NCBI GenBank assembly: GCA_003649205.1
Contig: QMRC01000003.1
Coordinates: forward strand, 128,001-192,000
DNA length: 64,000 bases
Direction of reading: 5' to 3'
Source: Thermoprotei archaeon
Lineage (GTDB): Archaea > Thermoproteota > Thermoprotei > Thermoproteales > B15-G16
Shown here: positions 40,323 through 48,400 of the stretch, in pieces
Position numbering within the stretch: the stretch's first letter is position 1
Layout: every line of letters starts with the position of its first letter
Position numbers and translations under genes: made by a program
The notes under the pieces: generated by a model
Told to the model about the DNA's origin: nothing
What the model saw: only the letters and a program-made list of their open reading frames with translations
The model's database searches: none

Positions 40323-40426
40323 GCGTATTTTACGTGATTAATTTTTATAGTTTCCTTTGATGTTATAACCTAGTGCATCTCAGTAAAACACCTAGGTTAC
40401 GCAATGGATATGTACTGTGGTTGAGT

Positions 40427-41782
40427 ATGGTGAGGTATGTTCTCCCTATTGTCTTGATTCTGTTTCTCTTCCTTATTCCAAGTCATCACTGTTTATGTGC
40501 TTCTGCTGAGGTCATGGTAGTTAGAGGTTTTGTATATGTTGAAGGTGGTAAGCCTCCGGTCAGAGCTGATATCCCGGTGTATGCGGTTTATGGTGGTAAG
40601 GTTATTGCTGAGAACTTAACCTCAATGGATGGTTCCTTCGTCTTAATTGTAAGGGGTTTGAGTAATGGTACTGAGTTCTCTATACGTGTTGGTGAGTATG
40701 AGGTGCGTAAGTTAGTGTTCTCTCCTGGTGCTGTGATTAGTGTAGGCACTCTTAAAGTTAAGGATGCTTTGAGACCTAGTAGACCTAAAATAGTTGAAGT
40801 TCGTAGTGGTATTAGGTGGGTGTTTGTTAGGTGGAGTCACTCTAGTGATGATGTAGCTGTTTCCAAGTACGTTGTCTCGATTAGGTTAGTTAATGTGGAG
40901 AAGTACGTATCCTCCATCGAGGTCTCTAGTAAGAAGACCTCCGTTAACTTAAGTGAAGTACCTCCAGGTATTTACCTCGTTGAGGTGCAGGCTATTGATG
41001 TTGCTAATAGAGCTAGTGACGTAGCTAGTGCTAGAGTAGTTGTGTATCCGGAGAAGGTTGTAGTGTGGGGTAAGGTAGTTGTTAGGGGTCCTAGGGGGCA
41101 AGCTATGTTACCTGGTCTTTCGGTTAGGGCTTACGTTGGTAATGAACTAGTCAATAGTACTGTGACGATGCAGGGTGGTTGGTACTCACTAACTTTACCT
41201 GGTGAGAAGGTATTTGGTAAGGTGATAAAGCTTGTGTGTAGAGATTCTGAAACCGTAATCACGATCAATAGGACTAAGGTGAAGGTAGACCTAGTAGCTA
41301 GAGACTACACAGCACCTACCCCCCCTGCAAACTTAATAGCAACGTATATCGGTGACGCAGTTATCGTTAAGTGGTCTCCATCAGTAGATGACGTGGCATT
41401 GGGTGGTTACTATGTTGAGTTTCGATCTAAGTTAGTATTTACCAATGCTACGTCTGTAGTGATTAAGTGCGGTAAGTTGATACCAGGTAAATATGTGGTT
41501 CGTGTATGGGCTATGGATGCTGTTGGTAATAACAGTACAGCGGCTGTAACGCATGTGTATGTTGAGTTTCCTCATGAGAAGTTACTTACGGTGGTTAGTA
41601 TCCTAATTGTTGCGATAACTGTGGTGTCAGTGCTCGCTATAGTGCTTAGATATGTAGCTACTAAGAGAGCAGAGCGGTACGTTGACCTGTATTATAGAGC
41701 TACGTTATTGGTAGGTCGCTACTCTTCACTCTGCATACGGGCACTATCCTTGACTTCAAATCCTCTAATCTACACTCTCTAA
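40427..41782 (+). CDS. Cell-surface protein: signal peptide, two tandem beta-sandwich+FN3-like modules, C-terminal TM anchor
   Basis: Repeated D...P..P / W..S.DDVA...Y.V / V.A.D..(G)N.S FN3 signatures; ATG 40427 precedes a hydrophobic leader. Confidence 0.75.
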   Translation: MVRYVLPIVLILFLFLIPSHHCLCASAEVMVVRGFVYVEGGKPPVRADIPVYAVYGGKVIAENLTSMDGSFVLIVRGLSNGTEFSIRVGEYEVRKLVFSPGAVISVGTLKVKDALRPSRPKIVEVRSGIRWVFVRWSHSSDDVAVSKYVVSIRLVNVEKYVSSIEVSSKKTSVNLSEVPPGIYLVEVQAIDVANRASDVASARVVVYPEKVVVWGKVVVRGPRGQAMLPGLSVRAYVGNELVNSTVTMQGGWYSLTLPGEKVFGKVIKLVCRDSETVITINRTKVKVDLVARDYTAPTPPANLIATYIGDAVIVKWSPSVDDVALGGYYVEFRSKLVFTNATSVVIKCGKLIPGKYVVRVWAMDAVGNNSTAAVTHVYVEFPHEKLLTVVSILIVAITVVSVLAIVLRYVATKRAERYVDLYYRATLLVGRYSSLCIRALSLTSNPLIYTL

Positions 41783-42167
41783 TACCACTACCGCTGTAAC
41801 AGTAGATATTGCTCAGTGGTACTGGTCTATGTCTCAAGTCTGCGATAGGTCTGAGGTATAGTATGTAGTACTTCTCACTGTAGCTTGTTATTGGGTATAT
41901 CTTCTTAAGCTCTTTAACTAGCTCTACTCTGCTTCTGAAGCCAGCTGCTTTAGCCTCATCATCACTTATACTCCTAAGCTCTTTGATGATGACTTTAGTG
42001 ACCTCAACAATGCCAACAATGCCGGATCCAGTAGCTAGAAGTAGTTTATCACCAGATCTGACGAGATCTATGTTTACAGTACCTTCCCACCTAACTTCAG
42101 CTATCTTCCTACCATCGAGAATTGCATCAGCATACTTCCTCCTTACTGCAATTACCCAAATCGCCAT
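41700..42167 (-). CDS. ASCH domain protein
   Basis: YADAILDGRKIAEVR (GxKxxExR), GDKLLL, EA..AGF....L...L..IYP. Confidence 0.85.
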   Translation of the reverse strand: MAIWVIAVRRKYADAILDGRKIAEVRWEGTVNIDLVRSGDKLLLATGSGIVGIVEVTKVIIKELRSISDDEAKAAGFRSRVELVKELKKIYPITSYSEKYYILYLRPIADLRHRPVPLSNIYCYSGSGIRECRLEDLKSRIVPVCRVKSSDLPIT

Positions 42168-42174
42168 GTTCTTC

Positions 42175-44325
42175 CTAGCTAAGTAGCTTCCTAACAGCTT
42201 TATCTACAGTAGCTTTAGCGGTCTCTATATCGGTTCTGAGAGCAGCAGCCACATCGTCCAAAGGTTTACCCTGCAGTACATAAGCAATCAACGCAACTAA
42301 TTCGCTGAAGCTTAGATCTACTGAAGGGGATTCACATAACTTCCTCAATGTTGCTAAGTAAATAGCATCCATAGCTGATTCAAGTAGAATCCTCCTACTT
42401 AAGTACATCTCGAGTCTCTTCTCTTGATTTCTCGTTAACTCAATTCTCACTGACACAGGTACCCTAATACTCTTCAATACACTAGCAACAACCTCAGCAC
42501 TTAAATCCCTGTAGACACTCATTAAGCAGGTAAGTAATCTAACCTTAAATTCCCTCAATGCTTCTTCAACGTAATGTCGCATCCTAGTACTCAGTGGCTT
42601 TATCACAGCTATGTTCTTCTCACCTGTCACCTTATTGAATCGTGGAGATACATAGATTGGTAAGTACCCGTTCTTTAACCAAAAGTCAATGATGTCATTT
42701 CTAGAGAATATAGCACCGATCCAGTCAAGGTTTATACTACGTGCTTCCTCCTCGAGGAAGTTTAGTAGTTTTGAACCGTAGCCTCTTCTCTGTAGATTAG
42801 GTACTACAGCAATCCTAACAATTCTCCAGCCTCTTGTCTTAGCAGCTTCCTTAGGACCGTACCTCAGTAACTTATCTAAGACCAGTACTCCTCTTAGACC
42901 ACGTGTAATAGCTCTCTCAACATCACGAATAGGTCCTTCCTCAGCTATCTGCGCAACAGCTACAACTCCTCTATCGGAGTTGAGTATACGAATGTGGTGA
43001 TGAGGGGCGTCAAGCATGGTCATTAAGTCATCAGGTTCATTCCTGTAGTGCGCTAGAGCGAGTAAGCCATAGACTTTCCGTAGTAAATCCCTATCCTTAA
43101 CTAGCTGTTCTTGATCTACAGAAGAGTACTCCACATTCTCTGGTTTCGGTATCTCTATTGGGTCTACTCGGAGAAAGAATACTTGGTAAAGCCACTCTTC
43201 AAGTGGATCATTTGATAGGTACCTAATAGGTACCTTGAACTCGTAGACTAGTGGACTAGGTAGCTGCTTAATTAGCAGTTCAGAAGCTACCCTTCCAGAA
43301 CCTTCGTAACCGTGGACTGTAGTCACCATCATGACCTTCCTACTCTTAGCACACAACCTCCTAACACGAGCAGCACCAACAGCAGCAGCCTCATCAATCA
43401 CCGTTAATCTAGCACCAGTAGCTAACCAAGGGACAACATACCTAACTTCAAAACCCCTACCCCTAATACCCACTACACTTCCCTTCTCAGTAATTGTCTT
43501 ATAATCAATACCTAGCTTCTCTAGCCCTAGACAGAGGAACTTCATGAATGTCGTGATACTGCGTGGTGAAGGTGCTGTTACCAAAATCTCATCAGTGTAG
43601 TTATGTGCTATAGCCAGCGCAGTTGCTAGACCGAGAGCAGCGCTCTTCCCTCTACCACGATCACCTTTACCAACTAAAACCTTAAGTGTTAAGTCACTAA
43701 GCAGTCTTAAGCTATGCAAAACGAACTCGTACTGATCCTCAGTAGCACATAGCGAAAGTACCTTTCTCAACCTCTCATCAACATTCGTGATCTCGGGTGT
43801 GAACTGTCTTCGAGATAACTTACTCGGTAGATTACGCAATACCACCTCACCGCTATCAACATCAACTACAAGGATTGATCTACACAACTTAAGCGACTCA
43901 AGTAAATACCTACGGAAGGTACCTCTACCACCCTCGACACCTGGACTCCACAAACTAAGTGACTTAGTTAACCAGATACTGAATCCACCGCACCTAATCA
44001 TCTCTGATGCAGCAGAAACAGCATTAGGTCTGAAGAAGTACCTAAAATCCATAATGACAGAGCTATACTCCCTACCTAGGTAACTAGTCAGCTCATGAAA
44101 TCTAGCTACCTCAATATCATGCACAGCAAGTACCTTACGTAGGTCCCTACTATCAGTAAATGCGAGTATAGGTCTAGCTAGGTGCCCAAGTAGTGTGCTT
44201 AATACGTGTATTACTTGTTCTGTATCACCACTGAGGACTATCAGACCTCTAGCATTACAGCTCCTAACATAGTCGATGAATTGCTTAATCTCATCAGCAA
44301 TACTACCTGTAGTTCTCATAGACAT
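42175..44325 (-). CDS. tmcA: RNA cytidine acetyltransferase (TmcA/Nat10 family)
   Basis: GDRGRGKSAALG, IDEAAA, TTVHGYEGSGR, PIRY..NDPLE, AHYRNEPDDL, RIAVVP.LQRRGYGS, FWLKNGY. Confidence 0.95.
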   Translation of the reverse strand: MSMRTTGSIADEIKQFIDYVRSCNARGLIVLSGDTEQVIHVLSTLLGHLARPILAFTDSRDLRKVLAVHDIEVARFHELTSYLGREYSSVIMDFRYFFRPNAVSAASEMIRCGGFSIWLTKSLSLWSPGVEGGRGTFRRYLLESLKLCRSILVVDVDSGEVVLRNLPSKLSRRQFTPEITNVDERLRKVLSLCATEDQYEFVLHSLRLLSDLTLKVLVGKGDRGRGKSAALGLATALAIAHNYTDEILVTAPSPRSITTFMKFLCLGLEKLGIDYKTITEKGSVVGIRGRGFEVRYVVPWLATGARLTVIDEAAAVGAARVRRLCAKSRKVMMVTTVHGYEGSGRVASELLIKQLPSPLVYEFKVPIRYLSNDPLEEWLYQVFFLRVDPIEIPKPENVEYSSVDQEQLVKDRDLLRKVYGLLALAHYRNEPDDLMTMLDAPHHHIRILNSDRGVVAVAQIAEEGPIRDVERAITRGLRGVLVLDKLLRYGPKEAAKTRGWRIVRIAVVPNLQRRGYGSKLLNFLEEEARSINLDWIGAIFSRNDIIDFWLKNGYLPIYVSPRFNKVTGEKNIAVIKPLSTRMRHYVEEALREFKVRLLTCLMSVYRDLSAEVVASVLKSIRVPVSVRIELTRNQEKRLEMYLSRRILLESAMDAIYLATLRKLCESPSVDLSFSELVALIAYVLQGKPLDDVAAALRTDIETAKATVDKAVRKLLS

Positions 44326-45577
44326 GGCAACTACATGCAATGAATGTTATCGTACCTAGATCAACGTCAAGACCACTTCTCTTAAGTTCTTCCGTAATGT
44401 ACTTCATTACCTCTCTAACGGCAAATACATTGTGTACGAAGGCACTCCTAAAGTCGTGGCTCCTCATGTACACCGTAGCATGTAGCTTACCATCCCTAAT
44501 CATGAATTGCCACAGTATGAAACAAGGTGGGTTCTCTGTCTTGACCAAGTCCTCGTAAGGACTCCAGAACACAGCAACAGCTTGTCTAGTACTCGGTTCA
44601 CTACGTAACTTATCGACGATAGCTCGCAATTGATCACCGAACTTAACCCTCAACCTCTCACCATAGCTATACTCATAACCCTCAATACTCCTACCCTCGA
44701 GAATAGCTCTACAGTACTCCTCAAGATACTTCTTAGCACCAAGTGGGTACTCTCTAGGTACTTCATCACAGAGAGGATCAAGTACGTGTATCACGACATT
44801 CATTAACTCCTTCGTAATTCCAAACCTAGACTCAACACATCTACCAAATCTCTCAATTAGTCGAATCACTTCCCTATAGGCATCAGCTACTGACCTCGCA
44901 ACAACGACTGTAAGGTTCTGTGATAGAGTCTCCACATACCCCCCGCTCACCTTACTCGTTACCTTGACTATATATGGCTCTAAGTCATATGCACCAGGAT
45001 CGAATAACCTATACTTAATACCCTTCACCTCAATCTCAACAGCATTCCAAGGTTCCTGAATACAGCCTCTAATCACCTTTCTCAGCATCTCCCTATCCGT
45101 CACACCTAGCATATCAATGACAATTACCTGATCACGAAATCTCTCAATAGCTTCAAGCGGCAGATTTGGTATGTAGGCCGTTGGTGCATCGCAATTCAGC
45201 ACTCTCCTACTCTCTGGATCCACACCATACCTCCACAACTTAATCATAGCTTCACCACTACGATGACCGCTTGTATCGTGACCAACAACTACTAGGTACC
45301 TAATGTTTGGATTAGCTAGCACATTACATACTACCTTCTCAATCCCTATGTTAGCTGTCTTACAGAAACCAGCTATTGCTACACCAAGCTCAATAGCTGT
45401 CTTCACCAATTCATTACCTACCTCATCATCCAGTGGTACCATTACAGCAACGGGATGGAACTTATTACCAAGTACGTAATTCCCATCCTCAACAGTCCAC
45501 CTATCCGGAACATTACACTTACTACACTCCTTACCTCTCCACGAAACCTTAACATGCTGAATAACACTGTAGCTCAT
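44303..45577 (-). CDS. thyA: Fusion: MtrA-like corrinoid-binding domain + archaeal-type thymidylate synthase domain
   Basis: N-half W.VE.GNY.LG, CKTANIGIEKVV.N...NPNIRYL, GHRSG, IERF..QV, DPGAY; C-half YSYGERL, DQL, TRQA, PPC, RSHD......HN, HVY. Confidence 0.88.
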   Translation of the reverse strand: MSYSVIQHVKVSWRGKECSKCNVPDRWTVEDGNYVLGNKFHPVAVMVPLDDEVGNELVKTAIELGVAIAGFCKTANIGIEKVVCNVLANPNIRYLVVVGHDTSGHRSGEAMIKLWRYGVDPESRRVLNCDAPTAYIPNLPLEAIERFRDQVIVIDMLGVTDREMLRKVIRGCIQEPWNAVEIEVKGIKYRLFDPGAYDLEPYIVKVTSKVSGGYVETLSQNLTVVVARSVADAYREVIRLIERFGRCVESRFGITKELMNVVIHVLDPLCDEVPREYPLGAKKYLEEYCRAILEGRSIEGYEYSYGERLRVKFGDQLRAIVDKLRSEPSTRQAVAVFWSPYEDLVKTENPPCFILWQFMIRDGKLHATVYMRSHDFRSAFVHNVFAVREVMKYITEELKRSGLDVDLGTITFIACSCHVYENYR

Positions 45578-45680
45578 GGGTACTCACACTTGAGATAGTA
45601 CCAGAACCATAATTAACTTACGACGACATAGATCGTGAGGTATATGTAGATGCTTCGAAGTGTAGAGAATGTAGCTAAGG

Positions 45681-45688
45681 TTTAAAGA
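45681..45688 (+). promoter_or_regulatory. TATA box for the sRNA at 45711
   Basis: TTTAAAGA preceded by CTAAGG, about 25 nt before the C box. Confidence 0.55.
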
Positions 45689-45710
45689 GACATAGTATTC
45701 TGATCACGTT

Positions 45711-45764
45711 GGATGATGCTCTCGGGGCTCACTGAAAAGTGATGACTAGCTCCATCGATGACAC
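45711..45764 (+). ncRNA. C/D-box sRNA candidate
   Basis: GATGATG (C) ctctcggggctca CTGA (D') aaa GTGATGA (C') ctagctccatcg ATGA (D); own TATA box. Confidence 0.75.
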
Positions 45765-45839
45765 ACACTCTACTTCTCTCTAGGTAATAAGCGGATAAAG
45801 GAGGAGAAAAAGACCGGGTTTGTGAGTACTTACAAGTAC

Positions 45840-47342
45840 TCACTTGTTCTCTCTCTTGTTCATTACCTTACCACACCATTCAGGATGTGTCAATCCTCGT
45901 TCTTCCGGTGTTCCTGGTATCAGGTTATCTAGCACGATGCCGACTATAGCTGCAACGGCCATACCTGTCTCGAGTATAATCTCAACTATTTCACCTAACC
46001 ACATTAGTTGTGGAGGTAGCAGTGCGACGATTGCTCCTCTACCTTTAACACCGTATGGGTTGTAACCTTTCATCCACATAGGTACGCTTAGACCGAGGTA
46101 CAGTGACATGCCTACGATCAGTAGGTTTCTAGGTGATTTCAAGTCTATTAGCGTAAGCAGCGAAGCTCCTACAGCAGCTATCATACCGAATACTACGAGA
46201 TATAGACCTCCAATAATTGGCTTAGGAATTGTCGCCATGAGTGCTCCGAACTTACCGAAGAACCCCATTAGCAGCATGAATACCGCACCTAGCTGAATGA
46301 CGTATCTACTAGCTACCCTAACTAACCCAATGACACCTATGTTCTCTGAATAACTCGTGTACCCTCCAGCACAACCGAAGATACCACCAATTAGGCAGCC
46401 AAGGCCTTCAGCACCGAGACCCTTGGATATTGTCTTTTCGTCTGGTGGTGGTGCCTCACTCACCCTACATACTGTGTGGTAGTCACCTATAGACTCAACC
46501 ATCGATGCTACGTAAGCAGCTAACATACCGAGGATGAACGCTGGTACGAACTTAGGTAAACCCCATGGAAATGGCTTCGGTATGTTTAACCAAGGTAATT
46601 CCATGAGTGGCCTTAAATTCACGTACCCTGGATCACCAGGTTTTAGGAAGCCAGTTATCGAGAGTAGTAGTGCAACTACGTAGCTGATCATGACACCGAG
46701 TACTACTGGGAACAGCATGAATATCCTGTACCTCCTGCCAAGTACTTGACTAAACAGCACAATGAGTACCACTGTAAGTAGTGCAAGACCCCAGTTACCA
46801 CTTGCCTGTGAAGCTCCTACATCAGCTAGTGAGAGCCCAATAACTATTATCGTTGGCCCGATAGATACAGGTGTTATGTACCTTCTCAATAGACCAGCTA
46901 ATCCACTGTACCCAATCACGATCTCAAAGAATGAAGCACCTATGATAGCTCCTGTTGTGTAGAGTAGTATTTCGCTACCTCTAATCCCCATGCTCTTACA
47001 GGTAGCTATGATAGCTACTAGAGGTCCTAGAAAGGAGAATGAGGATCCTTGTACGATAGGTAACCCACTACCTACCTTTTTCCACGTTTGCAGTAGTGTA
47101 GTAATACCTGCACAGAAGAATTGAATACATACTAGCTTTGCTGTATCCTCTGGCGTTAGCTCCATTAGTGATGCTAGGAGTAGCGGAACTGCGACTGTAG
47201 CTCCAAACATTGTGAGGTAGTGTTGGAATCCTAGGAACAGTGCTGTAAGGAGTGGTGGTTTCTCTTCGATTCCATAGATTATGAATCTCTTTGTTTTAGT
47301 GTCTCTACTCTCTCTGCTAATTTCTTCAGGTAGCTTACTCAG
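45840..47342 (-). CDS. NCS2 (uracil/xanthine) nucleobase permease
   Basis: LPIVQGSSFSF, ESIGDY, TSYSENIG, P.PIIGG, RNLLI; the TM1 motif YGIEEKPP...GFQHYL lies upstream of ATG 47210, so the start is extended to CTG 47342. Confidence 0.9.
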   Translation of the reverse strand: MSKLPEEISRESRDTKTKRFIIYGIEEKPPLLTALFLGFQHYLTMFGATVAVPLLLASLMELTPEDTAKLVCIQFFCAGITTLLQTWKKVGSGLPIVQGSSFSFLGPLVAIIATCKSMGIRGSEILLYTTGAIIGASFFEIVIGYSGLAGLLRRYITPVSIGPTIIVIGLSLADVGASQASGNWGLALLTVVLIVLFSQVLGRRYRIFMLFPVVLGVMISYVVALLLSITGFLKPGDPGYVNLRPLMELPWLNIPKPFPWGLPKFVPAFILGMLAAYVASMVESIGDYHTVCRVSEAPPPDEKTISKGLGAEGLGCLIGGIFGCAGGYTSYSENIGVIGLVRVASRYVIQLGAVFMLLMGFFGKFGALMATIPKPIIGGLYLVVFGMIAAVGASLLTLIDLKSPRNLLIVGMSLYLGLSVPMWMKGYNPYGVKGRGAIVALLPPQLMWLGEIVEIILETGMAVAAIVGIVLDNLIPGTPEERGLTHPEWCGKVMNKRENK

Positions 47343-47439
47343 AAAACCCTTACCGATCTAGAGATTTGGGGAGTTATTAAGTTAACGTTTTCATACGGTT
47401 AGGTATTGTTACTGTATTGCTGTCACACACTCTGATAGG

Positions 47440-47492
47440 CTTCAGCGATAGCTGGTTTCTTCACTAATCTGCTAGATGGCCCCTCATCACCG
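47440..47492 (-). ncRNA. C/D-box sRNA; D guide complementary to conserved 23S rRNA GAUAGCUGGUU
   Basis: Minus strand: GTGATGA (C) ggggccatctag CAGA (D') tta GTGAAGA (C') aaccagctatcg CTGA (D). Confidence 0.85.
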
Positions 47493-47540
47493 TTCCCACA
47501 TACTTACCTAGATGTTTTTATTCCTCACCGAGTTAGAGCT

Positions 47541-48134
47541 ATGGGGATCTCCGTGAGTACTGTTACCGAGATTATGACAACCTACTTCTCTAGGCCAGGT
47601 CCTGAAAATACAGAGAAGACGCTTAGAGTAGCTAAGGAGTACGCAGAGAGGTACGGTATTCGTAATGTGGTTGTTGCTTCGACAACGGGAAGGACTGGTC
47701 TACTAGCTACTGAGGTCTTTAAAGGTTTCAACCTAGTTATCGTAACTCATGCTACTGGTTTCATTAAGCCTGGTTATCAAGAGATGAGTGAGGACGTTAG
47801 GAGGGAGCTTGAGAGGAGGGGGGCTAAGGTCTTAACCTGTGTTCATGCTTTTGCTGGTGTTGAGAGAGGTATTAGGCAAGCTCTCAATATTTGGCTACCC
47901 GTTGAGTTGATAGCTTTAGCTCTGAGGAGATTATTCGGAGAAGGTGTTAAGGTGGCTATTGAGATAACATTGATGGCTGCAGATGCAGGTCTAATACCAC
48001 TGGATGAAGATGTTATTGCTATTGCTGGTACAGGTCACGGTGCAGACACAGCACTACACATAAAACCAGCTACTACGAGCAACTTCTTTGACTTAAAAGT
48101 GAGGAGAATAATATGCAAACCAGATACCTTCTAG
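47541..48134 (+). CDS. Pyruvate kinase C-terminal-like protein (MTH1675/COG1751 type)
   Basis: YF..PGPENT, VVAST.G.TG, VTH..GF, G.KVAIEI..MAADAG, G.G.GADTA. Confidence 0.85.
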   Translation: MGISVSTVTEIMTTYFSRPGPENTEKTLRVAKEYAERYGIRNVVVASTTGRTGLLATEVFKGFNLVIVTHATGFIKPGYQEMSEDVRRELERRGAKVLTCVHAFAGVERGIRQALNIWLPVELIALALRRLFGEGVKVAIEITLMAADAGLIPLDEDVIAIAGTGHGADTALHIKPATTSNFFDLKVRRIICKPDTF

Positions 48135-48400
48135 CACTACACTACAGAAGGTACTTACTGAGGAAGCTAGAGCAAAAGGGTGTAGTAAATTTCGTGCTGA
48201 TGATACTACTCTTCGTACTAGCTATAGTACTCGCTCTACTCGTATTTCTGTTACTGAGCAAGCTGATAATCATACTGCTGCCGGCAATATTCGCTGCGTT
48301 CCTAGTTTACGTCTTCACTAAGAGCGGTTTCTGGTCATTAGTAACCTTTCTAGTGGTTGCTCTCTTGGTGTCTCTGCTAAAAGTATTTGTATGGATCTAG
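48113..48400 (+). CDS. Small membrane protein (3 TM)
   Basis: Hydrophobic 95 aa ORF overlapping the upstream stop. Confidence 0.55.
   Translation: MQTRYLLALHYRRYLLRKLEQKGVVNFVLMILLFVLAIVLALLVFLLLSKLIIILLPAIFAAFLVYVFTKSGFWSLVTFLVVALLVSLLKVFVWI

Noticed and set aside
44962-45505. MtrA as evidence of methanogenesis
   Set aside because: No membrane anchor, fused to ThyA, and no mtrB-H or mcr genes in the window.
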